A stretch of DNA of 64,000 nt, taken from Marsupella aquatica. Its lineage: Eukaryota; Plantae; Marchantiophyta. Position numbers and translations under genes: made by a program. Below are positions 9,628-22,817 of this stretch, piece after piece (within the stretch, counting starts at the first letter, position 1; each line of letters begins with the position of its first letter). The stretch is taken from NCBI GenBank assembly GCA_973895155.1, contig OZ316892.1, positions 19,479,869 to 19,543,868 of the forward strand, written 5' to 3'. The notes beneath the pieces are model-generated. The model was given only the letters and a program-made list of their open reading frames with translations. It was not told the origin of the DNA and ran no database searches.

Positions 9628-11534
9628 ATTAGTGTTCATCTAAGTGCAGAGTTCCCTGGCCCATGATATTATTATATATCCATGCCAGAATTTGTACTGA
9701 ATAGGTCACACCATACATATATATATATCATGCATGACAAGGTTTCATGTAAGTTCTTGAATAAATATTTCCTTATTTATGGTCTATTTGCAACTATCCT
9801 ATACTCTTTTGTATATATGGATGACCTTAAACCCTAATTAAACTGTAGAGACCCATGATGCATTAAAGAAAATATATGCCTGGGCCAATGAGGTCAACAT
9901 CATTTTGACCGGACAAAAGTCAACACTGGCACCTACCAAGGAACCATCGCGGCTATAATTATCTTACTCCTCCTGACACACCAAACACAAATTAACTCAA
10001 TATGATTTTGGAAGACACAGGCAGAAACTTTGATATTTACCCACACAGAGACCTCTGCTTCCCATGACTTTGTGATCGATGTTCAACAAGAAGCCCCATA
10101 TCATTATGAAACCTACCCTGTGAACAGGATCCTTTTTCTTTAACATGAAAATTCTAAGGCTAGTCGCTTTCATTTCTTTATAAACAACAGTAAGTGGTAC
10201 TCTGTCGGGCTCAATTCACGGAAACCCCTAACATGCAATGGATAGATATTGCTTACATATATATATTAAATACATGAAGCTGGACATGAAGGGGGCACTC
10301 CACACAAAAGTACAATCATGAGAAGAGAACACAAATTCAGACTGAGTAAGGACGTGATGCATGTCCATATGGATTACAATATCAAAGCTAGGCAATGCGC
10401 CTATGGCAAGACACATGAACAATTCCCCTTTTTTATAAGGAAAACTTTTAATTCCTTATAATGGCTTTATAACCAATTGACTATGTAAAGTTTCATGAAA
10501 TTACTCTACTAAACACTTGTATCTCTCAACTCAATTAATTCAAGGATACAACTTTTTTTTTAAAAATTGTTTTGATATAGAACTACTTTCAGACCCGCTT
10601 TCAGAGAACAACCAAATGGTTTTATTTAATGCATGGCCCTAGAGCCAAACTACACTCCTTTCTTGGATTTTTATTTCAAATTTTAAAAACCTTTATATAA
10701 GAAATGTTTTGAATCCTACTTGGAGAAAGAGAGAAAGAGTAAGACAAAGTCTTGATATAACTCAGAAAAAAAATTTAAGTGGAAACCAAAGCTTTTATAT
10801 TTTATATTTTTTTATGATACCCAACTTTCAGTCCATACAAAAATGTAGATGCCTGCCTATTATACCAGAGTTGTGTACCTAGCCTGGGGAGCAACACTGA
10901 ACAACAAATTCAGACTAGGGAGATGTCCATATTGCTACAGCTTCAAAGCTCTCCATAATGTTTGAAGAGAACAAAACAAACTAAGTGTTATTGGGCAACT
11001 TGGTTTCACAATAAGGTTCTGAGTGTGAGCATGGCTCATAGAATGTGCCCAGCATAATTATGGAGGATTCTCTCCCCTGGGTTGTGTTGGCTCAAGAATG
11101 CCTCCCCTGAAGCCGGGTTGGTTGTACAAGACTCCTGCCGAAGAGGAAGAGTTCTTTCCAATGAGAAGAACCAAGTTGCCTGCATGGCATCAACTAATCG
11201 ATCCTGAAGGACATTCAGGATAAGGAGCTAGCAAATGCAACGGTTTTCACCGGTTAGCGGGCAGCCCACTTGTAATTCTTCACAGTGTGCAGATTAAAAT
11301 AAAGCAAACCCACTAGGCAGTCCAGTATAGCAATATGCAGCACAGAGACCCGAGACTCAATGCAGCCAGAATTGAAGAACATAATTATATCACCACATGA
11401 ACTATCAACTTGCAAGTTGATTGCTTGAGTAGGTCCACCCATTATTATAATTATTGTCATCGGGCTTGCAAAGAAACTATATAATTGCATAGTGAGAATT
11501 AAAGATACTCATAGACTAATTAAGCTAGTGTAGG

Positions 11535-11812
11535 TATATATTTGGGTGCAAGGTACCCTAAGTAATGTTTATATATATATGATTTTCTCTACATTTGGTT
11601 TAATATGTACTTGTTGAACATAGACGACATTAATTGCAACATTCAACATGTTCAAGTAGTCAAGACATATATTTGGGTGCAAGGTACCCTAAGCGGATGT
11701 GTATATATATGATTTTCTTTACATCTGGTTTAAAGACTTAATTGTTGAACATAGACGCCAATTGCACATCTGGTTTAAAGATTTAATTGTTGAACATAAA
11801 CGCCAATTGCAA
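11535..11812. repeat. Local tandem duplications (~131 bp and ~46 bp)
   Basis: ATATATTTGGGTGCAAGGTACCCTAAG at ~11536 and ~11668; CATCTGGTTTAAAG..TTAATTGTTGAACATA.ACGCCAATTGCA twice in 11722-11812. Confidence 0.8.
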
Positions 11813-12109
11813 TGGTAAGCACATGATACATTGAATGATCAAGTAATCAACATAGAGAGAGCCGAGAGACAAAATCTTGCTACAAACTCTTAATATGTTA
11901 GCACACGCAATAAAGCTGAGGATTGAGATCTTAAAAAACTTACGTAAGAAAACGGGAAGTATGATATACGTCCTTATTGGGAACGATCATGTCATCTTCA
12001 ACCATCCTCCACAACCAAAAAGTCATCTCTTAAACAGAAAAGGGAAATTAAACTTACTAATTATATTGTTCAACAGATTTTATTTCTTGAATCGGCTCCA
12101 TGTTTTTAT

Positions 12110-13251
12110 TCAAAGCTCAATAGGACTCAGCAATTGTAGAGGATTAAAGTAATCTGACAATAAAGTACCATATGCCGTAGGGCACCCTCTAATTGACCAC
12201 ACAACTGGTCTGCTGTTGCTACTGAATCCGCTGCTTTGAACGATATACCATCCTTTGCTTCGGACAACATCTTGTCTCTTCCACCGCACCATTGCAAACA
12301 GTTCATTATTAACTGTTACAATTGAATATGGGTCAAGCTTCACCGAGTCTGTGGGGCCCAGTCCATCATATGCTATCGAAGACCAATGATCCCATGATTT
12401 GTTGTCATTGTTGTAAACATGAAATCCATCGGAGTCGGCTGAATAGAACTTTCCTTGCATCATGAATACGCTTTCAATATTTGAAAATCTATCAACCAGA
12501 TCCATCCTTGGTTCCACCACTCTCCACTCATCCTTGAGTGGATGATAAACCTGCCATGATGATGCCACTCCACTTCGACAGGCCACAAAGAGTTCCTCGC
12601 CCATATGTGTAACTCGAAGGGGGAGTTGCTCATATACCATTGGCTTTATTGGGGACCAGGCATCCACTTTGGGATCATAAAACTCTGATGCACAAGTATA
12701 GGACGTTGGATCCTCTGGGGAAGTACCACCGAATACATACAACTTTCCATCCTTGATACCACACTGGAAGGAGATTCTTGGTTCTAGCAAAGCTGCACAC
12801 TCCTTCCAGTGCATATCCCCAACTGCCACATCCAAACATGCACTCTTTGGTAGCTCCGGTTATTTGTGCTCATCCCTCCCAAAGCATATAATTTACCCTC
12901 CAATGCAATGAACTTGGGGGACCGAAATACAGCCCCGAATACAGCATCTGGGACTTGAGGAATTTTGTATAGACTTTCTTCACTAGGGGAATAAAGATAA
13001 ATCCCGTCGTGTCCTTGAGAAAAACTAGTGCCAATCCGAAGGACTATACAAGTTTCTAGTGAATGGCAGCAAACTGTGGCATTATATACAAGTCGACTTT
13101 TAATCACTTGCTGCCAACTTCGACTCAATGAAGACAGTAGGGCAACGTCTCTCCTTGGTAGTTTGGTGGCAATCTCCATCAACATTACGTCATTGGGTAT
13201 CCCTGGAAGAAGTTCTTCCAATAAAGATGGCATGATGTCTTGAGGGTCCAT
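12110..13251 (-). pseudogene. F-box/kelch-repeat protein gene, intronless, with one frameshift
   Basis: F-box motif LLPGIPNDVMLMEIATKLP...LSRSWQQVI; kelch motifs GKLYALGG and GKLYVFGG...EFYDPKVDAW. ORFs 12784-13251 and 12110-12835 join if one T is restored in the T-run at ~12835 (RVHV/LDVAVG). Could also be a homopolymer sequencing error. Confidence 0.85.
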
Positions 13252-16200
13252 AAGATTTATTCGACTTCGAGGTACCTGGAAGCACCAAGCACGAGAACGT
13301 ACAGTCTCCGTATTAATAGTCAGATCTATACCATCCTCTAGATCTCCTTATTTACCGAAAGCAGATTTCTTTCCTGCAATGAAATTTCTTCAACATGCAA
13401 AGATATGTACGTACTAATGGAGCCAGTCCTCTTCATTCTACAAATTCAGACCGCTAAGTATTCTATCCAACAACTAAATTAAAACCGTCAAACTACATGC
13501 ATCTCACTTCACTGGCAGAAGAAATATATACTGATTCAATTAATTGATAATTCACAAGCTAGAAGTAAGAGGAATGTAGGTTTTCAAATGGGTTTGAAGA
13601 AGTACATACAGAGAGTTTGATGAAGATCAAAGAAACCAACAAGAACCTTGTGGTGTGGTGTAGGACCAGAAGCTACGCAGGAACTAGAATTACGGAGATC
13701 GAGATTGTCTATAACAGGACTGTAGAGGAGTAGTCCACCGAAAAAGTGCCAAAACTCCTCCCGAATTAGAATCACAAAGCTAGAGGCGGAGACTGTCTAT
13801 AACAGTCAGGACTGTACTCCAAACAAAAAAGTGGAACTGGAATGCGAGATAAAGTTTCTCAGGAGCACGCAATGAGCTCTCAACTCAAAGTCCAAAGATG
13901 AATACGCAGGATGACTTATTGCAATGGACACATAAGGTGAACATAGAGAGGCAGCTGTGAGATAGAAGAATGAAGTAGAATGGAGGCAGAGTGCTTCTTA
14001 TAATGTACCCTGGCGCGCAGCAGCTGAAGTGCATGAGATATTAATGATGAAAGGGATGTGGCATTGACAATAGACAAGTTTCTAGTCTCCCCAAAAAAGT
14101 TTGACAGACCGAGGACTTGCTTGATGAAATAGTACTGACTAAAGACACGTTTCTCAGACTGAGCCAGAGTCCAACGAAGTGGTGCAACTTGGTGTCACTG
14201 ACTAAGCACTTACCTACATCTTCAATTGCTATTTCCCGACATAGTTTACAACCTACATTTGTTTGGGGAATAAATCTAGTTTGCATAATTAAGAGACAAT
14301 TCTGAAGATTTTGACTGGACCACCAGAAGTTATAATATTAAGTCCTATCAAATTTGAAAACGCTTAGAGATTGCGTTGTGTTCGCTGTTTAATTAAGGCA
14401 GCAACATGTTTCCCTGAGCCCCCCTTTCCTGTAGCAGGAGTCTACAGAGTTAGAGAGCTTAAAGCGGTGCTTTGCTCCAATTAATTAATTAATGTACAAT
14501 AAAATGGGAGAACAGCTGGGCATTCCAATTTTAGAATTTTTGGAGTAAGGAGTATGCATGAATGATGTAAAGGTGGACTCTGCTCCGAGATGTTGAGTTT
14601 GTATTATCAATTTCCGATGCCTTGGCCTTCTTTTCATTGGAAGATGGGTTAAAAATGGTTGTGGTTTGTGTCACTTAGAATTGTAAGTTGCATTGTTTGA
14701 CATGAGCACCCTCCAATATTGTTACTAGCTTCCAAAATTTCAGAAGCTAGTCATTAGGTGAGCTTGCTAAACATACCCCTCATGTAATGACTTCACCTAT
14801 TCTTCCAGCGGATGCCTTTCTGAGACATTATATATATGATCGAGCAGGATTTAAGGCAACAGGTGCGACCACAACACCTAGCTTCTTTGATAATTTTCTC
14901 TCTCAAAATGATATCGTGCGTTTTTGCTTTTACTGTTGTTTTGTTTAAGCTCTTTCTTAAACATGTCTCAGAACATTGGGTCGATCCAGTGCTTTTTCCT
15001 CTCCCAGAATGTCTTGTGCCTTTGCTTTTATTGCAGCTATCATTGTTGCGCTCATTTGATCTAAAACATGCCCCAGATTATTGAGTCGCAGTTCTGAGAT
15101 TCGTTCTCTCGAGCAAATTAGTTGGATTTTCTGCCTCTCTACGACATTTGGATCGATGTGTGATTGAGCTTGTTCCCCAAGCTTTGTGGAGTCCCCATTT
15201 TCAGGTACGTCCCATAGGCTCTGGTATAAGTTTTGCTGAATTGTAACGTGCTATCAGTAGGTTGGTGTGGCAAAAGTTGAGCACTAGACGAGATCCAAGG
15301 AGGATTCGGAATTGACAATTCCCTCACGTACTTCATTTGAAGAGATGGTTTCGAAAATGTGATGGTTGCACGTAGAAGCAATTACCCAGGAAGGCCTGAG
15401 TATGGTCGAGCTCTCTACTGCCCACCCGAATAACAGGTTTTACTGGCGAACTTGTTCAAGCAAATTTGGGAAGACACATATCTTTCTCTACCGCCAACCC
15501 GAACAAATAGTGTTGTACTCGATCGATCACGATAAAGTTAGCTAAGGCAAATATTTTCCCTAGCCTCACTTGTTTTCTTTATTAATAATTAATCATTCTT
15601 GGCTCAATGCTCACGTGTAATTGTGGTGGCGTGTTCTCATACCAATAGTGTTGTCTTGTCAACTAAGGTTGGCATTGAAGAAGCCTTCTCACTGGTTGGG
15701 TTGTTGTGGAACTGGTTGTGGAAGTGTGTCAGTTAGTAAATGTACTTATCGTTGCAGCTGGGTGTTGTTGGGGAAGGTTGGCAGTAAACGTTGCTGTAGT
15801 TGCATGCAGCTGGGTATTCTTAGACCGAGGTGACACAATGATCGACTAGAATGAATGCAAGTGGTGGAGGAAAATAACAAATGGTGAGGTGAATATGCAC
15901 AATGACTAGATTGAATGCAATTGGCTGGGCGGGAACTATCATTAATTTGAAAAACATTGTTTGGTTAGAGAGGCTACCGCAAGTTTCTTTGTGCATTTAA
16001 TGCTCAAAAAAGACAATTAACACTCACCTAATTTGATAACATGATAAGCATAGCTAAGAATCATTTCTGTACTATTTTCATTACATTAAATTAAAAATAA
16101 TTAGCATATATTTGATACTAAAACACGGTGAATCTTAATCATAAAGAACTTGCGGCTAAACCTGGGGATGATGAAATGGATAACAAATACTCAGGGCCAA

Positions 16201-18480
16201 ACTCTCACTTCAAAGCTAGCGGAAAATATTAATACTCGCAGTGTACATTTAGTTGCTCATGATGGTGTTCCTTCTTCGATGCCACCATATTGACACACTA
16301 GGACACTAGAAGTAATGCAACTTTCTTCTCAGTTTGCACAGATCGAAAATTTGAGAACATCAACTCTTTATGTCCGTACAGTGTACTTCAGAGGTCTCAG
16401 AAAGAGATGGGTATCACCCATTACTCGGCGAGGTAGACAAATCTATTTCTGAGTATTCATGGTCTGCTTACCTGAACAATGGTTTACTGTATACCATGTG
16501 GAAACGCTCCTATGTAATCACTCTCTAAAAAAGGAATAGTAAACTATTGACATGCAACGAGCACTAAATCATGTGATGACAAGTGACATTTTTAAAATTG
16601 TTACCCTTTACTTCCTTGCTACTTCTAAGTACTTCCCTACAATAAATAAAACCGCACATATGATGTCAACATTTGTGGAAGTGACCCACAGGGCAACAAG
16701 GCAAAAAGTTTTATTGCTCACATGTTTAATATCAGTTTCGTCCACCTAAACTATCAGAACACCAATATACTCTTCACAAAATTAGTGACTAATCTGATCA
16801 TGTATGTATGAATGGAGACAACAAATTTAAAAGACTCAAGAGTGATGAAGACTTTCTTTCAGACTGAGTGTATATATTTTAGTTCTGAGCTATCTAGCTT
16901 TATTATATAGGTGATTGAAATGGATCCAATTGGACAATAAATCTAGAGTGGAAGGACTGAATGGGGCCAGCTTTTCCGTTTATTTCTACCGTTGAATAAT
17001 ATATATTGTTCAGACAAATTTTTGTGCTGAATAAGTATCTGCACCCTCTAGGACAGACGTTCATCTTTCGAGTGATGGGCTGAGAAGGTTAACCATGGTT
17101 TGAGAGCGTGATACCAGCAGATATAAAGTAATTAATATCTCACACATAGACATAGCTCAGGAGCCCATTGCACTGTGAGCTGGTTGTAACGAGTTTGACA
17201 GTAGTACTCAAACTCATACTTTGAACCCAAACAGCTGCGTAGGTTTGAGGCAGGATTGCAAGGTTTTAGGCGAGAATTCCTCCTCCAAATACATGGAAGA
17301 TCAGTCTAGGTTTTGTTCTACTTTATCCAATCTGTTGAAAGCAGCGCGCCGGATCGAGGTGCACACAACACTATCAAATTTCTAGAGACTGGGCGCGTCC
17401 TTCCACCCCTGGCCCCGCTTATAAAATAAACAAAACATACTTCCAATGGGTATAAAATATCAATTTTAAAATAATATTATAACATGGGTTCTAACCAACA
17501 AGGTACATATATACCTCCAATGTTGATTAAAATAAATGAAGTTTTTTTTTAATGTGACTGTCCCAAAGTTGTTCAATTGTAGGGCCATGAAAATACCCAA
17601 TGACTCGCGTCACCCCATTGATTGGACACGTGTTCAACACGTACCAGTGGATTAGGGTGTACTGGATTTGGGGGAATAGTGACCAAAGAGTGTCATGTTC
17701 CCCCTCGCCCCTCCTACTTTGTAAGAGCCATCCGTGGAAGATACCCTAGATTGGAGGACCAGGATTATATGTGAGTGGGTCCAAGGGGCTGGCAAGACAA
17801 GGGGAGACAGTGCTAGTCAGGAGACGGGGACTCTAGCAGGCAAGATCTACAGGAGGGGTCTCCTGAGAGGTCCCAGCTGGGGCCCCACTTTTTCACTTTC
17901 TTTCGGGCTTTCTTGTGAGTTCTTCATCTTTTGCAAAGCTTGCGAGATCTTGGGCCAGGGTTTGGGCGAAAGTGTTTGACGTTGGGGCCAGGGTTTGGGC
18001 AAAACTGTTTGACATTGGGCTTTCTCAACAATCTGGGCAGACTGCGAGCTGGGGCCGGAGTTGGGTCAGGATTGCAAGCTGGGCAGGGATCTAGGGTGAG
18101 TAATTTTTATAGCAAATGAAAGGTATTTTAAATTCCAACATATGTCTGATTATAATAACATAGGCAGGTTTTATAAAGGACTGAAAATTCTTTTTAGAAC
18201 AAACAGTGTAAATTTTAATGTTCCTCCAAAATATATCCCTTGGGGGCCTTCAGTTACATGTATGTTTCATTACATTTCCTTTAGTGAGGGCCCAGGCTCT
18301 TCCACCAAACCTAAAATCTATTGTCTTTACTTACCCAATTGATCTTCAAATTAATTAAGCAATTAATTATCAAGATGCACATGCACATCCATATCACCAA
18401 AAAAATTCTTATATGTAATAGTATCACTACATAGACGTAGCAACAAAATACCAAAATGCAGGGAATTCACTAGTAGAAAA

Positions 18481-19200
18481 CAATGTATTTTATGACCGAA
18501 ACAATGACTATTAATCAGGTCTTTTTAACAAAACAATGACGCAATTGTTCTCGTCTTTCCAGACACGTCACAACGGACATTTTGGTCACGGTCCTTTTGG
18601 ACAAATGACGCTAAAAACATGTGGTCATTTCATACTATCCTAAATGACCATTTTTATGATATGGTCATAAATGTTGAACGGTCCAAAATGACGACACAAA
18701 TCACCATCGACGGTCAATTGTCGTTGACCGTCGATGGTCCCCGTACCCAATCACACAACGACACGTGGCAATAAAAAAACAAATAACATTGGTCATTTTG
18801 GACTTGTCCAAACTGACGTACATTATATAACAAATCAAATAGTGACACGTGGTTCAAAGAGGATTCACCATTTGGCAATATATTTGGGTCATTTTGGACG
18901 TGTCCAAAATGACTATAGTATAAACAAGTCATATTGAGACACGTGGTTCAATTGGGAGAAGACACGTAAAGATACACATTAGTCATTAATGACATGTCTT
19001 GAATGACATAAAGTGAGTCATAGTGGACTTGTTTATAATGACCATGAGAAAGGTCATTGTATATGTCATTCTTTGAATCATTTAGTCTATGTCTTTAATG
19101 ACCAGAGTTGAGTCATATTGGTCACAAAGATAGTTGTGAATAATGACCATTACATCAGTCATTCTAGCCAGTCATTTAGTCATTCAAGCCAGTCATTCAG
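18481..19200. repeat. Left subterminal region with dense ATGAC/GTCAT motifs (putative TnpA-binding sites)
   Basis: Many AATGAC/GTCATT copies in both orientations, mirrored at ~34800-35750. Confidence 0.8.
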
Positions 19201-19551
19201 ACGAAGTATTCAATGATTTGGAGAAATTCAAATTTAAGTGATCATGATAGATAAAACTTGATGTCAATCAAAAATCATACATTACAAAGCCATTCAATAG
19301 AGTTGCTAAATGAAAACTTAAAGAAACATTCGATATATATCACAAATCCAATTGATATTCATACAAGATACCTTCATAAGTCTCACGGTAAATATTGAAC
19401 TCAATGCAAATTTATGAAACAAAATTACATTGACATCAATAATATTAGATTGTCAATTGTTACAACCTGACATACCAATCACTCTGCATGTTTATAGAAA
19501 AACAGAGTTGTCATTCTATCATGTCTATTGTTTCTTGATAGAGTGCTATTT

Positions 19552-22388
19552 CTATTGCTTCTTAAGCAATCTAGAGTTCCATAGGGCATTCATCCCTTTC
19601 ACATCAGATAATTTAGACTGGTTCTCCCCTGAATTGGCAAATGGCAATGCCACATCTACAAACACTTCAATCACACGCACTCGCAAGAAAGGGCTTTCAA
19701 AATCTGCACAATGAAACTTATCTTCTCCTGGCAGCCCTGTCACCTCACCTTTTGCCACTATCATGGAATTGTCCACAACGCTCTTCATCTTCACCAAATC
19801 TCCTCTTGCAAACTGTGAACAACACATTTTGTTAAAAATGCAATAAACAGAAATTGAAAGATAGAAGAACACTCAAATCAAACACACATTTACCTTTGCA
19901 ACGGGGTTAGGAGACTGCATTGGTTTCTTCTGTGCAGGTGATGCATTTGCTGAGGATCCTTTCTTCCTTTTCTTCTTTCCCTTTCTAGTTGATGGAGTGT
20001 CATCCTGTTCACTTGGAATGGGAGTTTCTTTTGGCAACTCAGATGATTCTGGGGTTACATCTGGTGTCAACTGAGTCGACTTATCCTCTGGCAACTGAAA
20101 GGCATCTGAAATGGCTTCTTTGGGCAACTTAGATGGCAAAAGGTTCACTTCCAATTCAGTTTGCTTTAGAGTACTGTTAGCTGTGTCAGTTGGTCTTCCC
20201 TGCGACACAGGAGGCTCCCCTAAAGATGCTGTCATAAAACACACACAAAAGAAATGCATAAACAAACATGTATACACCAGCAACATATAATCACACTAAA
20301 AACATGCAAGAACATTATAAACATGCAATGACATATACACATCACAATAATTACATTGAATGGACAGTGTATACATGATAGAGAATTTTACCTTCATTAT
20401 CGCCTGAAAAAGTAAGAGATCGCTTTCTACTACCTTGTTTGGTAGTTGTAGTCAACTTACTGTGACTAGGCACAACTATTGGAACTTGTGCATTACTGGG
20501 GTGATGTGCCATCCACGTAGTCATCATGTTTGTCAACTCCCTCACAGTGCCTTTCAACTCAGCGACATCCAATTTCACAGCCCCAATGGTAGTGATCTCT
20601 TCTTTTGAATGTGGGGTCTGTAAATGAACCACAAACCAACACAACAGTCTCACTGTCAAACTTACAAACGACACAACACTGGCTCTGTCAAATGGAGAAT
20701 GATGTACAAATCAAATTGGTATGACAATACTCACAGCTGATCCATGTCTGTTTCCTTGCCCCAGTAAGCTAGCACTTTTACCCTCCCCACTTGCCAATGA
20801 TGGGCTCACCTTTGCTCCCACAAAACTACCAGTCTGACCTTCTGCACTTGCCAATGATGGGCTCATTGTCACCTTTGGCAATGAACCCTGACTACCATGG
20901 TTTTCTTTCAGGTCAGATATACCTGGGCTTGATCCCCTCTTCTGCTTCTGTTCAAACACACAATGAATGAGAAATCACAGAGTTTGTTTTCATCAAGATT
21001 CACAAACAAGACAGAATTGATAGTGAAAATGATAGACAATTTACCATTCTCTTTGCTGCTGCAGCATGCCCTCCCCTTCCAAAGTGAGAGGTATCTTGCA
21101 CTCGTGCTCTTTTATCAGTCATCTGTTTACTCAAAGATATCAATGCTGGACTGGTAAAATGAGATACCAAAGCTGCCCATTTCTTTGGATCAACACCAGA
21201 TGGCCCAGGTTTGGTTGGATCCTCATTGCAAACTTTCTTCCAATAAACATGCATTTTATGGCGCTCTCTCTTCAATATGCCACGACAATGACTCTGGAAT
21301 TTGGTGTTAATAAATTCCCCACCCACATACTCCCACTCAGCTGCCATGTTATTCCACACTGTGGTTGTATGAACTTGTGGATGATCAGTCCATTTTGGCT
21401 TTGATACATCAAAGACTCTGAGTACGTTGCCATGAAGTTCCTCCAACCAGTATTGTTTGTTGCCATCAGAATCATCAATATCATTGTCATAAATCTGCAT
21501 TTCACAGACAATGTCAGATCATAACTCTGGAATTTATGCAGAGTCCAGGTTTTATACACACAACAACAGAGAGGATCAGATTTGTCTAAATCTACAAACA
21601 AGTACAATACTCACTTTAATGTGTTTGGGCACCTCTCCGCAATCCCTTCGTTGTTTGGCAGTATTATCAAACTGCTTCTTAGCATGCCTTCGTTCCCTGC
21701 GCATCTCAGAGGCCCCTCCTGCAATGCACACACATGCATTCAATCAAAAAATATGTACATGATTGAAAAGTTGAGCAAATGTACTTGCATATGCATGACG
21801 AGCAGATTGTGTATTACCTGAAGATCCTCTGGAATGTAGTACATCAGATTGACCTGATCTGCCTTCAGATGCTGATGGAACCACTAAACAAACACACAAC
21901 ACCAAAGCACTTCAATTAATTTCATTTCCAAGTAGAATATCAACTTCCAAACACACCTGAAAAGTAGAACAGTACAATCCACTCACTTTCATATAAGAGT
22001 CCAGTGTCTGGGTCTTTCCAACATCTCACTAGCCCACCTCCACCAGGCCCAGTCTTCTTAGGACCACAATTTTGTTTCTGTACCTACATCATGGACAACG
22101 TAAGCATATCAACATATAATTTGAAAAAGGGACAAGGATCCCTTCCTATTAGGATGATGAAGTTCAAGCATTACCTGTTGTGCACTCTCTGGTTCTGACC
22201 CACCAATGTCAGAATCCTCAGTGTCATACTCAGAAGGAGAACCATAGCCATCATCACCAAACTCTGCCATGTTCACCTTGGTAACTTCTGATAGTCTAGA
22301 GCTCCTCCTCTTTGGCAATGTTTCAGTTGAAGTACCTTTCACCAAAGCAGGCTTTCCTCTCTCTCGTTGTACATGTGTGGTTGGGCCT
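19552..22388 (-). CDS. TnpA-like (Ptta/En/Spm plus C-terminal Tnp1-like domain) multi-exon gene; start not determined
   Basis: Exon ~21045-21497 has PSGVDPKKWAALVSHFTS...S...KR.....HFGRGG (Transposase_24-like). The last exon ~19552-19812 has VAKGEV...RVRVIEV..DVALPF...LSDVKGMNALW (Transposase_23-like). Low-complexity exons with GT-AG borders lie in between; exon limits are approximate. Confidence 0.75.
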
Positions 22389-22817
22389 CTAAGGAACAAA
22401 GCAATCATCAACATACACCAATGCAGATCAAACATACATGCAAAATGAATCTACAACACCGTAACACTAGTACTTATGTACAGGATCCATACTAGTATGA
22501 GACCAATCTGGAATATGAAAACAGAACATGAACCTGACAACTCCATCTACTGAATCAAATTTGCAATAGACATATCAACACACACATCAGCTTGCAGTCT
22601 GGCCCCAGTCCTAGATCACGCATAATTCTGACATTATGCTCTATGTTCCGATTTCGGGCCTCCTCATAAGGATTCACAGAATGTGACAACCCTTGCAATC
22701 TTCCTTTCACAGGCTGCATTCACCAACTGCACAAATGGGTAAACCATTAGTCTGATTTCATAAATAGTCCATACATGTAGTCCATCTATGGACTTCACAC
22801 ACCTAGCTAAAACCTAT

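Noticed and set aside
18425-18437. Alternative CACTA left terminus CACTACATAGACG
   Set aside because: Matches the right TIR much less well than 18468, lacks the TTTATGACC motif at the matching offset, and gives no TSD either.
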